Source: Octopus sinensis
Lineage: Eukaryota
DNA: 64,000 nucleotides
Direction: 5' to 3'
Assembly: GCF_006345805.1 (NCBI RefSeq)
Contig: NC_043003.1
Location: 57,784,001-57,848,000 of the forward strand
Position numbers and translations under genes: made by a program. Of the stretch, positions 49,739 through 63,920 are shown piece by piece. How positions within the stretch are numbered: the stretch's first letter is position 1; each line of letters opens with the position of its first letter. The notes under the pieces were generated by a model. That model made no database searches and was not told the origin of the DNA. It saw only the letters and a program-made list of their open reading frames with translations.

Positions 49739-49907
49739 CATTTATACGACGGGCTTCTTTCAGTTTCCATCTACCAAATCCACTCACAAGGCTTTGGTCG
49801 GCCCAAGGCTATAGTAGAAGACAATTGCCCAAGGTGCCACGCAGTGAGACTGAACCTTGAACCATGTGGTTGGTAAGCAAGCTACTTACCACACAGCTAC
49901 TCCTGCG

Positions 49908-49910
<3 letters not shown>
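49497..49910 (-). mobile_element. SINE-A, full length, flanked by (TA)n on both sides
   Basis: Complete head to tail. Confidence 0.93.
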
Positions 49911-49948
<38 letters not shown>

Positions 49949-50029
49949 CAGGGCCAAGCGTCCATGTTAGAGCTTCTCTCATTGGCTTGTTTTCAATATT
50001 AGATGTTTGTTGATTTTGCTATTATTTTA

Positions 50030-50390
50030 TGCTTTTACCTGTTTTAGTCATTGGACTACGACCATGCTGGAGTACTGCTACTGCCCTGAAGGGGTTAGTT
50101 GATCAAATCAACACTGGTTGTTAGTGGCAAACACAAAGACTGGCACATATATGAATATATTTGTGTGTGTGGTGTGTGTGTGTATATATGTATACACACA
50201 CACATATATATACATGTATGAATGTATGTATAAGCCTTCCACACTGTTTCCATCTACCAAATTGTCTCACAAGACATTGGTTAGTCTGGAGCAGTAGCAG
50301 ATACTTGACCAGGGTGCCAAGCAGTAAGACTGAACCTGAAACCATATGGTTGCAGGGTAAACTTCTGAACTACACAGCCATGCTTGCACT
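50030..50390 (-). mobile_element. Old SINE-A subfamily copy
   Basis: Decayed, but head, body and tail are in order. Confidence 0.75.
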
Positions 50391-50514
50391 TATTGGCCCT
50401 TTGGGTGGTGAGGATAATGGGATTTGTTTTCACCAATGAAAGATCTCTCTCTATCTATTTATTTATCTCTCTATCTATCTATATTTATTTTAAAAGACTC
50501 TTTTTGTTGTTTAT

Positions 50515-50740
50515 TGTAACCCCAGGTCAGTTATGGCCAAGCAAACCCATGATCAAAGACATTCCAGCAATGACCTGTCAAATTTGTTTCTTTTTCTTTT
50601 TATTTTGCTTTGTTCATTCAGTTGTTGTTCTTATAGCTACATTATCCATTGACTCCTTCCTTTCTAAGATAGCAGGAAAGTAGTTTGAAGGAGACTTGGC
50701 TGTTATTTCTTGCAGATCGAGTGACCATTTTGAGGGTCCA
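50515..50740 (-). mobile_element. Family F interspersed repeat, probably (AAC)n-tailed
   Basis: ccccaggtca...atgatcaaagacattccagc and ttggctg(c/t)tatttct motifs recur at about 60-260, 2845-2940, 3170-3290, 12490-12600, 13000-13095, 29530-29610, 51545-51760, 54130-54260 and 55605-55800. Confidence 0.65.
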
Positions 50741-51544
50741 TCATTGACCCATTTCAGGTCATATAATAGTCGATCAGCCAACCAATCATATTGGGAAGGG
50801 TTTTATTTTTATTGTTTGCTTCACCATTTAAAGGCCCTTCCCTGTCACCTCACCCTTCTCTCTCTCTTTCTTTTTTTTTCAGAGAAGCTATTTATATACT
50901 CTGGTAATTTTCAAATAAACGATGTTTCTTTCCATTAGAGAATATCCTCATTTTTATCATCTGTCCATCTTTTTGCAGTTTCCTTCTTTCAATAATTAAG
51001 AAGAAAAAAAAAAGAGAAAATTAAAATTAAAAAAAAAAAAAAAGAAGCAACAGAGATAAGAAACCAAAAAAAAAACCAACCTACCACACCCACCCCACCC
51101 CACCCACCCCTGCCACCATCAAGAACGGTAATTGTTGTTCTTGTGAAATCTTAATAAAGCATTGTATTAGTTTTGGAATAACCAAAAGACACTTGTTCGC
51201 TTGTTTTATTTTTGTTTTGGTTTGGGAATCTTCTGGTCTTCAGCGCTCTGTTCTGAATTCTACCACGGATGATTGCTTCTGGTTATTTCTGTACGCACAC
51301 ACAACGCTGAAGACTTGCGAATACTCCCTCAAGTTTATCATATTTGGCATTGTTTTTATTTTTGTTGTTGTTGTTGTTGTTGTTTTTTGCTATTTTACCA
51401 TCTTTTTGTTCTTTTCTTTGTAATGATGGAGGCGGTAGTTGAGAAATGGCTGTCTTCTTCTTAGAGTTTTTGTTTTTTTTTTAGAAATTTTTTTCTTTTC
51501 ACTTGTTTTTCTTTAAAATTTTCAATTTTCAGCTGTTGTTTTTT

Positions 51545-51760
51545 TGGTTGTTGTTTAGCCCCAGGTCAACCTTTGATCAAGCTGACCTATGATCAAGGAG
51601 CTTTCCATCTGTGACCATCTAGTCTTTTGTTCCTTCTTATGTACGTGCAAGTAATCAAGGATTACATTTTCTGGTGTGTTGTGTTACTTTTTTCTTTAGG
51701 ATGGTCAGGTATGATTTGTTGGAGTTTTTGCTGCTATTTCTAGCAAATTGAGTAATCATG
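51545..51760 (-). mobile_element. Family F repeat
   Basis: ttgttgtttagccccaggtcaacc...gctgctatttctagc. Confidence 0.68.
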
Positions 51761-52834
51761 AAGAGGTTTCAGCTAATAGCAGATGATGATGGTGGTGGTG
51801 GTGAAAGCAAAGACAAATGGTGAAGTTGGTGGTGGTGGTGGTGGTGGTGGTGGTTTTGGTGATGATGGTGGAGACACTGGCAATGGGTAGTTGTGTGATG
51901 GTGCAGTGGTAGTAGTAATAGGAGCAGAATTGAAAAGAGGTGGCGGTACCAAACACAATTGCGGTGATTGTAGTCATGGAGACAAATGGTTGCAATGATA
52001 GTTGTGGTGGTGGTGGTGGTGGTCATGGTGCCAGTGATGTTGGTGATATAAGATGAAATGTGGAGATGGTTGTTGTTTTTGCTGTTGTTGTTGTTGTTGT
52101 TTTTGTGGTGGTGGTGGTGGTGGTGGTGGTGTCTAAACAATGGTACTTTATCTGAGCAGATGGCAAAAACCATTCTTTGCTATCTACGAGGAATGAGAAA
52201 GAAGCCGAAGAGTCCTATAAATTTAGTTTGGCAGAGCTAGTGTTGCTGATGATTCAAACAGGATGCTGATTGGGGGGTGGTGGGATGGGTGGGGACTGCT
52301 TTGGGATGGGTGGGGGTCGGCCATTGTTCCTTTTGATCGATACCAATATCAAAAGAGTGATTGAGATGTGTGTAGTTAACAATACACCACACTCTCTCTC
52401 CCTCTTTCTCTCCCTCTTTCTCTCCCTCTTTCTCTCCCTCCCTCTCTCTTTCTGCCACACACATACACACACACATATATATGTGCATTCATGCATGTAC
52501 ATGCACACACACTCCTACCATATGCATACAATGTATGCACTACCCTTGCGATCGTACACCCACATACAGTAACCATGCACATGCATACAGACATGCACAG
52601 TCGCCAACCGCATACACAAATCACTCTCTGTCCTCTTACACACACACTTGCATCTGTGTGCATACACATGCACACTCTTGCAGCTCCATAAGCACATCTG
52701 TGCTCCCTGTGCACACGCGCATCCCCATATGCATACATACACACATATGCAAACACACTTGCATCTCTATACACACACACTCACATACATTCAGTCCCTG
52801 GGCACACGAACACACACACTTATATTGCGATATA

Positions 52835-52878
<44 letters not shown>

Positions 52879-52980
52879 CATACATCCATGCACATACCTG
52901 TTTCACCAATATCTCTCTTATATGCACAGATTTTCATCTCCAGATATACACGCATCTGTGTTTGTGTGTATGTGAATGTA

Positions 52981-53015
<35 letters not shown>

Positions 53016-53080
53016 GTTTGTGTGCATACACATATATATATACATCTATATATATATACACTCATACATTTATTTATACA

Positions 53081-53126
<46 letters not shown>

Positions 53127-53370
53127 CACACATATACATACATATACACACACACTCACTTGCATCTCTGTATAGACACATTTATACTGCCACATACAAA
53201 TACACACACCCACATACATACACATAGTATTTGAATCATACATACATACTCTAACATGCATATGCTCTCATTTACATACACACACACACACATACATATA
53301 TATATGTGTGCGTATGTGTTTCCTTTTCTGTTTGTTTAATCTTCGCTTTTATTCCAAAAGTTATTTCTGT

Positions 53371-53424
<54 letters not shown>

Positions 53425-53749
53425 ATGTGTGGGTGGTGTCCTTTCCCTTAAGTATAGAGATTGCTAAACCACCGTTAAAACAATGCCAGATGTAACGGAG
53501 GACAAAAATTGATTTTACGCTGTTTAGTTACATCCCTGTATGTTATTTACTTCGAATCCTGTCGGGATTTACTCTGCCATTCTTCATTCTTATCTGAGTT
53601 GGATAAATAAGTACTTGTCAAATGCCTGAAGTACCAGTAAAATATGTGGGTTGGGAAAAAATAAGTAACAGTAAAACTTTTGAGATTTGATAGTATATAT
53701 GCACCAGTAAAACACTAGGGATTAACAGAATGAGTACCTGTCAAATATT

Positions 53750-53972
53750 GAGGTGGATAAACATATGCACACACATACATATATATATATATATATACAC
53801 ATATATACAACGGGCTTCTTTTCAATTTCCTTCAACCAAATCCACTCGCAAGGCTTTGGTCAGCCCGAGGCTATAGTAGAAGACACTTGCCCAAGGTGCC
53901 ACGCAGTGGGAATGAACCCGGAACCATGTGGTTGGTAAGCAAGCTACTTACCATACAGCCACTCCTGCACCT
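53750..53972 (-). mobile_element. SINE-A 5' half
   Basis: Head and 5' body present. Confidence 0.9.
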
Positions 53973-54559
53973 GTGTGCAACTCCAAAATCAATGTGTATC
54001 TCTTGCACTTCTGTGTAACCCAACAATTATTCTACTTACGCATTGCTTAAAATCTTAAGACTAAAACTGCTTTCTTTCAGAATCTGAGAGTATCTGGTGT
54101 TTTTATTGGGCTGCCTTCTTTGCCATTGTTGTAGTTATTTAGCTCCAGGCCAGCACTGATCTAATAGATTTTATGATCAGAACTGTTCCAGCTTTGATCG
54201 TTCTATGTTTATATAACATAGACACCTACTTCGGATTTTTCTGCTGAAATATAATGGTTTTCTTTCAATTAATTTTGAATCTAATGAAGGATATATATAT
54301 AATAACTTTGCTGTTATTAAGCTGATATATGGAACATAAATTAGAATCTAATTAGTATGGAAGATTTAATTTTGATTGCTTTAAAACAAGAAGTCTGTAC
54401 CATAGAACCCAGAACAGTCTTGGGCTGGTTGATATCAAAAGGATTATGTATTATTATCTGTCCTTTTACAGGAGACATATGGTCAAAGATGTTCCAACCA
54501 TGACCAACCCATTTTCTTTTTTTGAACATTATGTATGAGAGAAGTACAGGTGTGGTCAG

Positions 54560-54720
54560 ACACAGATGTGACTGTGGTTTAAGAAGCTTGTTTCCCAACT
54601 ACATGGTTACAGGTTTGGTCCCACTACACAGCACCTTGGGTCTGCCACTATAGCCCCTGGCAAACCAAAGCCTTATGTGTGTCGATCCGGCTAGCAGAAA
54701 CTAGAAGAAGCCTGTTTTGT
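54560..54720 (+). mobile_element. Old SINE-A-like 5' half
   Basis: aagaagcttgtttcccaactacatgg...gtcccactacacagcaccttggg...aaccaaagcctt. Confidence 0.75.
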
Positions 54721-55012
54721 TTGTTTGTGTGAGTGCATGCGTGAGAGTGTGTGTGTGTGTGGTGTGTGTGTGTGTGTAATGTGTGTATATAATTCCCTTC
54801 CGGTCATTTCAAAATGTAACTTCATGTGGATCGCTGGCAATTTTTTTTTTCCTCTGCCTTCTTTTTCTTTTGCACTTTCCTCTGTCTCCTGTTTCCAACA
54901 AAGAGCTTTGCTCAAAACATAAAACTACTTTTCTTTCCTTCCCTGAGCATCTGCTAATACATCCTTGCGTTGTTGTTTTTTTTCTTGTGTTTTCCCTGTT
55001 TATTTTTTTAAT

Positions 55013-55056
<44 letters not shown>

Positions 55057-55294
55057 GTCCACTTAGTGGTTATCCCTCTTATATGTATGTAATATAATTT
55101 TTCTGAATCTTCAGATTTTTCTATATGCTAGACCACTGGTTTTAAATTGATATTAAATTAATATTCAATTTTTCACCCTTATTATTTTAAATATACATAT
55201 ACATATATATATGTATGTATGTATAAATATGGATAAATATATGTGTGTTTGTGTGCATATGTACATATGTATGTACACATATGTATGTATACAT

Positions 55295-55530
55295 GTGTGT
55301 GTCTCCCCTTGCCTTGATGTAGCTTGATAGTTGTAAATGAGTGTCACTGTCCTACAAGCAGTGTCATTCATTGCAAGTCTTCTGTGAAAACTATGACTGG
55401 CCACAGGGGAAATATTACCCTGTTTGGTGAGGGTTGGCATCATGAATGGCATCCAGTTATAAATAAGTTGCCACAACAAGTTCTATCAGATCCATGGATC
55501 AGAAAAGGGGCTTTCAAAATGATGATGATG
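55295..55530 (+). mobile_element. SINE-E-type 3' module
   Basis: Homologous to 35025-35275; (GAT)n tail. Confidence 0.7.
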
Positions 55531-57530
55531 ATAAGGAGGAGGAGGAGAAAGAGGAGTCTTCTGCAATTTCTTGTAGTTTAAGCAATCAATCAGACGCTTG
55601 GATCATTGATGTTGTTGTTTAACCAACCGTAAGTCAGGTCCTGTTCAACTGGTCATTGCAGCGAAAGGTGATATTATATTTTGTTGAGACATAGTGTACC
55701 TAAGACTACGTTATTTAATGTGTTTTTTCAGCTGGAACATCTTCACTCATAAATCAGCTCAATCTGGGATGATCGATGGTTAAACAAACAAACAAACAAA
55801 CAGCAGAACAACAACTAGCTATCCAATGAATCTTTCATTGTCTTACAGTTGAGGTTGTCACTTAGTTTTTGAGGCCCCCTTTCTTAAAGACAAAATATAA
55901 AAAAAACAAAAAAAAACAAAGGGAAAATAGTTAGATTTCTGTAGGTATCGATAGATAGATAAATGTATAAAATAAAATGAATAATATATAGATAAATGGA
56001 AAGTGAGCCTTTTATGGGGTTTTTTTGGGGTTGTCTTTTTTTTTTATTTCTATTTGTATTTTGTAAATGTTTGTTTTCTACAACATGGAAATAAGATATA
56101 AACGACAGCTCCCTTTTATTTGTTTAGCAATATACAGTGAAGAACCAAGACCAGAAAAGAAAGGAATAAATAAGTTAATAAGAAAAAAGAAAGAATTACA
56201 AATAATAATAGTAATAATAATAATAATAATGATAATAATAATAAATACATAAATAAATAAAGTATTTATGAAAACCCTTCTTGCTTCTCTGAAAGAATTG
56301 TGTGTTTTATTGCATTCAGTTCATCTCTTTAACAGTTTATCTTTGATGCAGAACTCTTTTCCAAGATCTTTTCTCCATGCTAGTGGTTCTGTTTATCGAA
56401 ATAGCATTCTGTAAAAACAACAGCTCCTGTGAATTATTAGCTAATGTTTGCAACAGTTCTACAACAAGCCTGCTTGCTGCTTTTGTAGTCAAAGAGAGAT
56501 TGAGAAGTAGAGAGAGAGAGAGAGAGGGATGGGGAGATTGCTAGAGTGAGAGAGAGAGAGAGAGTGAGAGATTTTGCGATACAGATACATGCTCCGTTTG
56601 CATTGCCATTAGCAGGAGCAGCTTGAAGAATTTACTCTTTTGGAACCAAGTATCTAACCAAACTGCTGATTGTCTGCACTCTTGTTTTTTGGCCTGGAGT
56701 TTCTTTTATTATTATATTTTTTTATTTTTTGTGTATGTACGTGCATATTTATATATGTGTATATGTATGTTTTTTTTATTTAGAGAGACTTTTTTTAGCC
56801 CCCTTTTTTTTTGGGATTTTTTGCGTGTATGTTTTTTTTTTTTTTTCCTTCTCTAATGGTAGAAATATCAAACTATGAATCACCACAGTTAGTTCCTGCA
56901 AATGTTGATCTATTGTGAAAAGCCTAAGCAGTTTATAGAGAAAGAACATGACGAGTCAATGGTTATGGTGTCAAATTTACTCATCCAAAAGTATTGATGG
57001 CAACTGAAAAAAAAAATGGGATAAAAATGGAAAAACTGAATTAAACTATGGCCAGATGAAGAAAACGAGGTTTTTGTCCTAAAGGCTTTTAGTGATGTAA
57101 GCAAAGTGCAATACTTACAAGCAGGAACTGAAACTTGTGTTGTGGACATGGTTTGCTTCTATGCTCTATGGCGTTTTGCTTGCTTTCTTACCATTTTTTA
57201 GAATTTATTTATTTAAGCGTTCTTTGCCTTTCTATACACCAGTCCATCAATGCGCACCGTATTTCTGGTTTTTCTTCAGACAGTTACAGCATACTAGATG
57301 AGGAAAAGGTTGTGAGCAACTAATGCTATGCTCTTCCATATTTTGAATGAATGCACTTGTAAGCCTCCTTAGCACAGCATAGTAGATTCCAAGATATTGA
57401 GGGTGGAGGCAAAAGAGAGAGGGAGAGAAATTAAGAAGAACGAAATTTCTCAGTAATTGACTGATCTTTTTTACTTACCAACTCTGACATTGGAACTTGG
57501 CACAGTCCTCGGTCTTGCCAGCTCCTGGTA

Positions 57531-57918
57531 CACTCTTTCACTCTTTTACTTGTTTCGGTCATTTGACTGCAGCCATGTTGGAGCACCACCTTTAGTCAAG
57601 GAAATTGATCCCAGGACTTATTCTTTGTAAGCCCAGTACTTATTCTATCCGCCTCTTTTGCCGAACCACTAAGTTATGGGAACGTAAACGCACCAGCATC
57701 GGTTGTTAAAGCAATGTTGGGAGGGGACAAACACAGACACACAAACATATGCACATACATACATACACATATATATATATATATATATATATACAATGGG
57801 CTTCTGTTAGTTTCCGCCTACCAAATCCACTCAAGGCTTTAGTCGGCCCGAGGCTGTAGTAGAAGACGCTTGCCCAAGGTGCTATGCAGTAGGACTGAAC
57901 CCAGAACCATATGGTAAG
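57531..57918 (-). mobile_element. SINE-A
   Basis: Tail to B-box present; extreme 5' end lost. Confidence 0.9.
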
Positions 57919-58156
57919 CATTTGGTAGACAGAAACTGAAAGAAGCCCATTTTATATATGTATGTATGTAAATATACATGTGTGTGTGCGTGTATATTTG
58001 TGTGTCTGTTTCTGTCCCTCACCATCGCTTGACAACCGATGCTGGTGTGTTTACATCCACGTAACTTAGAATAAGTCCTGAGGTCAGTTTGTTCAACTGA
58101 AGGCAGTGCTCCAGCATGGCCACAGTCAAATGACTGAAACAAGTAAAGAAATAAAA
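57919..58156 (+). mobile_element. SINE-A, 5'-truncated with an internal deletion
   Basis: tttggtagacagaaactgaaagaagccc...gactgaaacaagtaaag. Confidence 0.88.
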
Positions 58157-59002
58157 GGGTATGCATACAGTCCCATCCTTCTCAGACAAATCTGTCTTAA
58201 CAATTTCCATCTGACCCCATGCAAGCATGCAAAAATAGCATTAAAACGATGATGATGATGAAGATAAAGTTTTGCTCATGGGAAAGAATATTCATTACTG
58301 AGGAAGTTTAATAATACCGAAACAGGTTTGTTACTTTTAGCAATTGACCTTAAAACCACATCCACTCCCCCAAATTCCACCCAGCTGATCTTAAAGTAGT
58401 TATATCTCTCTTACTAGTTGTTAAATTTTTTTCAACAACTCCACTGCTAAAGGGAGTTTTTGTCTACTAATTGCATAGATAATCTTACTAAAAGTTTTAC
58501 ACCCTAATATAATTATATAATGGTGAGAGCTTACTGTATTTAGATTCTACTGTTGATTGAATGGCTCCAAACTTTCAGACTTTATCTCTCTATCTGTCTA
58601 TCTACCCTGGGGTATGTTGACTCCTGTAGTTGTGACATTTATGAATGTAAGATATTTTCGCTATTATCAGAGGTGGAATTTCACAAAAGTAAAGCAAAAA
58701 AAAAAAAAAACCCATCTCAATACTCTTTTAGATTTTGTACATTTCAATGTTTCTCCGATTTCTTCCTATCTTTTTTCTTTTTATTACTTTTCTTCAAATT
58801 TTTCCAGTTTTATTTTATTTATATATATATATATATTTATTTATTTAGTTATTGTATGTGTCTGTTTCTGTCGCTTTTCATTTCGGTTTAAAAAAAAAAA
58901 AAAGCAGACAAAATATGCTTACTCCCCAAAAACACATTAGTGGTTGACAAAGTTTTTAAAAGTTAAATTAAAAGGGACAAAAGCAAAACAAATAGACCAA
59001 CT

Positions 59003-59042
<40 letters not shown>

Positions 59043-59710
59043 GTAATAGGTGAAATAAAAAGAAATCGGAAATAAATGGAAACAGATTTTTTTTTTGTGT
59101 GAAATGTGTAAATTTAAAAGACAGGGAATAAAGGAAAGGAAAACTTGGTATGGTGATGGTGGTGGTGGTGGTGGTGGTGGTGGTAGTGGTGATTCGGTGG
59201 TAGTAATGTTGGTGAGGATGATGATGTTGGTGGTGGTGGTGGTGGTGGTCCATGATGATGGTAACTGTGATGACCATGAAGTTGCCGATGGTGATGGTGA
59301 TGGTGATGGTGATGACAATGATGATGAATAATATAATGTTGGTAGTGATGGTCATGGTAATGGAAGCTATGATGGTCATGATGGCATTAATACTCTGCAG
59401 CTACTGGTGATGATGATGATGATGATGATGATTGCGGTAGCTGAAGAAAGCAAAGGATGTTTATTTAAATTAACTACACCATTCCTGTCTCCAATTTATT
59501 TATATATTTCTTTATTTCCTACACTGAAGACACTTATGGTTTCAATCTATTTTAATAATATTCTTATGTTCTTTCGCTTTTTCTTTCCCTCAAAATGCCT
59601 CAAGGTTCCTTTTTTTTTTTTAACGTTTTTCGGCTGTGGGATTCTGTTCTTCAATCACACCATTCTTCCCATGTTCTTCATGATGCTAGCTGGTGTGTAT
59701 GTATGTGTGC

Positions 59711-59769
<59 letters not shown>

Positions 59770-60164
59770 TATATATATATAAATACATATATGTATATGT
59801 TTATATATATATATATATATTATATATATATATATATCTGTGTCTGTGTATGTATTTATGTATTTGTATATAAGTATATATATGTGCACATATACAAATG
59901 CATATATGTATATGTTTGTACATACATATCTGTGTGTGTGTGTATGTATATATGTATATATATTTGTGTTTATATATATTTATATATAACTTTACTTTTA
60001 TATTTTTAATTTTTTGTTCTTCACAAAACTAATAGGCTATTCTTAAGATGAATAACAGCTTGTGTGTATATGTATATCTATGTGCATATTTGTGTGTGTT
60101 TGTGTGTGTGTGTGTGTATGGAGAAGATTGCTTGTTTACGTATTTATATGTGTATGCATATGTA

Positions 60165-60560
60165 AGCATGGCCAAATAGTATAAGTATTTCCTTTGCAGT
60201 CATGAGGTTTCTAAGTTCAAATCGCACCATAAGACACCTTAGGTCAATTTCTTGAACCACAGCCTCAAGCTGGCCCATATCATAGCCTTGAACTGACCTG
60301 CACCATAGGCTCAGATACTCACAAGTCTTGTGAAATTGGTAAAATGGTCACTGTACTGAAGCTCATTCAATGGAATGGAATTGTAATGCAAAGGATCTGT
60401 CTCGTCGTACAATGCGTCATGCTGGTTCTGCTTGAGGGTCATGAAGAGCATAAATGTGTTCTGTGGTATACTCAACCACTTGTATGCTAATTTAATGAGC
60501 TGGTTGATCAAATGACCGATTTACTCATCGTTAGGACCAACAGGGCATACACTTACTTTT
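60165..60560 (+). mobile_element. Old SINE with A-like head and an alternative 3' module
   Basis: Decayed head (aagcatggcc..aagttcaaatcgcacc); 3' part shared with 6560-6690. Confidence 0.6.
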
Positions 60561-60756
60561 ATCTTTATTTGTGTGTATATATGTGCTTGTGTGTGTGTGT
60601 GAATGTTTGTACATGTGTGTGTGTGTGTGCATTTATCTGAATATGTGTGTATGTGTGTGATCGTAGGTATGTGTACATTTGTGTGTGTGTTTGATTGCAT
60701 GTGTATGTACATGTCTGCATCTGTGATCGCGTGTGCACATGTATACATGCACACGC

Positions 60757-60791
<35 letters not shown>

Positions 60792-60961
60792 TACATACAT
60801 ACATACACACATGAGTGTATATATGTGTTTGTGTATGTATTTGTATGTGAAGATTGATTTTTTTTTTTTCTTTTTTTAAATTGAAACCTTAGTTACTTAA
60901 ATTTTAAGTCTGTCAAATAAAGAAACTATTATTTTAACACAAATCATCATCATCATCATCA

Positions 60962-60993
<32 letters not shown>

Positions 60994-61714
60994 TTTATTA
61001 TCTTCAACATCATCAGCATCATCACTGTTTTATTTTTGGTTAATTTTTTGGGTTTTTTTTGGGTTTTTTTTTTTGTTTTTTTGTTTTCTTTTGCTGTATT
61101 TCCTATTAATGTGAACTCAATAGGTGTTCGAGTATTTTAAACTTTTCTTATGTATAAATACATTTTCTAACTTTGAAATTCAGTGCCGCGATATTTGTTA
61201 TTTTTATTTTCGTTTTGATTTTAAGAGCCTCTTGGCTAATAATCTCATGATGACAATTCCAAGACCTCTCTGCTTCTTCTTAATTCCTTTACCAAATTTA
61301 TTCTGCTTCTTCTCTCTCTTCATTTTGGCAATTAGTAACCTTTTTTTTTTTTGTTTGTTACTGTTCATATGTGTGTGGAGAGATGGGGTTTGGTGCATAA
61401 TGTACTTCTTATTAAAGTTATTAATTAAATATTTTGAATTCTTTTTTTAATAAAATAATTGAAACTTGGTCTCGCTACTGCTACTATTATTACTATTACT
61501 ATTATTATTATTATTATTATTATTAATCAAATGGTTAATAAGATTCTTTTTGGAATGATATATTGATTTCTCTTGCCTCTGTCTGAACAATCAATGATAC
61601 TTGATGTATGTTGGATTAACTGGCTACCTAATGGATCTAACTTCAGCTCCACACAAAGCTTATGGATATGTATGTATATATGTATGAATGTATGTATGTG
61701 CTTATGCATGTGTG

Positions 61715-61716
<2 letters not shown>

Positions 61717-61777
<61 letters not shown>

Positions 61778-61852
61778 TTGTCTATCTATCTATCTATCTA
61801 TTTGTCTATCTATCTATCTATCTATCTATCTATTTGTCTATCTATCTGTCTG

Positions 61853-61885
<33 letters not shown>

Positions 61886-61900
61886 TTGTCTATCTATCAA
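61717..61900. repeat. (ATCT)n array with TTTGTCT variants
   Basis: Read directly; an (AGAT)n array also lies at 7821-7904. Confidence 0.95.
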
Positions 61901-62369
61901 TCAACTTATACAGGCTTTGGCCAGAAGAGGCCAGGATCATATTTGACATTTTACACCACCTGTTAAACTTTTGTAAGTCATATTCTAGGACAGTATTACC
62001 ATTTTGGGTATTACCCTTTGCTGGGTGTTTGGTTACTCATGTTTGTCTAATACCTCATAATAAAGGAATTCATCCAGGTGTTGTTTGAAGGTTTTGTGAG
62101 ACTTTTTCTTCCTTGATTTATTTCAAGAATGATGTTGGAAAATTCTTTTCTCTTTCTCTCCGTTTTCTTTTACCATCATGAAGCAGAATGAAAATTACTG
62201 TTCTTTTCATAGGTATAAGGCCAGAAACTTGCTTAAGTTCTCTCATCTTGTTGACAGCAAAAAGATGAAACATAAAGTCTACGTCTGTAAGATTTGAACT
62301 CGGGGTGTATAAAGCTAAATGAATGTCACAAAGCATTTTGTCCAGTACTTTAACAGTTCCGCCAATATT

Positions 62370-62745
62370 ACTCCTTTACTTGTTTCAGTCATTTGAGTGT
62401 GGCCGTGCTGGAGCACCACCTTTAGTCGAGCAAATCAACCCTAGGACTTATACTTTGTAAGCCTAGTACTTATTCTATCGTTCCCTTTTGCCAAACCTCT
62501 AAGTTACAGGGACGTAAACACACCAGCATTGGTTGTCAAGCAATGCTGCGGGGACAAACACAGACGCACAAACATACACACACACACACATACACATATG
62601 CATATATACGACGGGCTTCTTTCAGTTTCCATCTACCAAATCCACTCACAAGGCTTTGGTCGGCTCGAGGCTAAGACACTTGCCCAAGGTGCCACACAGT
62701 GGGAATGAACCTGGAACTACTTACCACACAGCCACCCCTATGCCT
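62370..62745 (-). mobile_element. SINE-A with small internal deletions (preceded by a decayed SINE-D at 62215-62369)
   Basis: Tail, body and head motifs present. Confidence 0.9.
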
Positions 62746-62864
62746 ATATAATGATAATAAATTATAATTTTAAGCAAGGTTTAAAAGCAACAACAAAAAT
62801 ACAATGAAAATCCCTTCACACCAAATTCTGCATATAATTTTCTTCAAAATCATTTTACTGTCAG

Positions 62865-63160
62865 TTGTCTGTCTGTCCCTTCAACTCTCTCTCTCTCTCT
62901 GTCCATCCATTCCACTTTATCTCTACTTCTTCCTCTCCATTTCTCTCTCTCTCTCCTTTTATCACTGTCTCTGTCCCTTCCTTTCTCTTGCTATGTCTCT
63001 GCCTCTCTCTCTCTCTCCTGTTATCTCTGTCTGTGTGTTTGTCTCTCTCTCTTTCTCTCTGTCTCTCTCTCTCTCTCCCTACTTGTTTTTCCTTCTTTGT
63101 TTCTCTCACTTTCTGTTTCTCTCTCCCCTCTTCCCCACCTCTCTTTCCCCCTCTCTCACC
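62865..63160. repeat. CT-rich polypyrimidine tract
   Basis: Read directly; similar tracts at 27920-28230 and 37680-38170. Confidence 0.9.
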
Positions 63161-63594
63161 TGACTCACAAAGGAGAAAGAGCTACAACTTCTACTACCAT
63201 GACCACCACTTCTGCATGTAATTATTTCTGCTCCTAGCTAAAATTACACAGTCCCATGAACTCTAAGGTATATATTTATCAGCTTCTTGCTCTTGCTGCT
63301 GTTGTCATCCGCATTGTTGTCTGTTACACAGGACAAAATATATAAATTAAATTTGGGGGTAGTGGCAGCGGTGGCGGTGGGGGTGGTGGTGGTGGTGGTG
63401 GTGGTGGTGGTGGTGGTGGTGGTGGTGGTTCGGGATGGGTGGCTGAACACACTATATGATGGTACTAAGCTGGCATGCGGATTTAGATTAGAAAAGGGGA
63501 GGGTCTCGACATTTAACTATTTCATAACAAGTCATTTCTTTTGTTTGTTTGTCATGTTTTGGCAGACAAATTGGACAGAGGTGTGAAGAACTTC

Positions 63595-63653
63595 AGTGTT
63601 TGGTGGTGGTGGTGGTAGCAGCAGCAGCAGCAGTAGCAGTAGTAGTGGTAGTG

Positions 63654-63686
<33 letters not shown>

Positions 63687-63920
63687 AGTAGCAGTAGTAA
63701 TGGTGGTGGTGGTGGTAGTAGTAGTAATGGTGGTGGTGTAGGTAGTAGTAGTAGTAGTAGTGGTAATGGTGGTGGTGGCCGTCATAGTACTGGTAATGGT
63801 CATGGTGGCCGTCGTAGTACTGGTAATGGTGGTGGTAGTAGTAGTGGTAATGGTGGTGGTGGTAGTAGTGGTAATGGTGGTGGTAGTAGTAGTAGTGGTG
63901 ATGGTGGTAGTGCTGGTAGT
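63595..63920. repeat. GTA/GTG triplet array with a duplicated ggtggccgtc(a/g)tagtactggtaat unit
   Basis: Read directly from the sequence. Confidence 0.9.

Noticed and set aside
57476-57530. Minus-strand peptide VPGAGKTED (myosin-like P-loop) before a strong G|GTAAGT donor
   Set aside because: Only six residues match, the GES prefix is missing, and a SINE tail sits where an acceptor would be.
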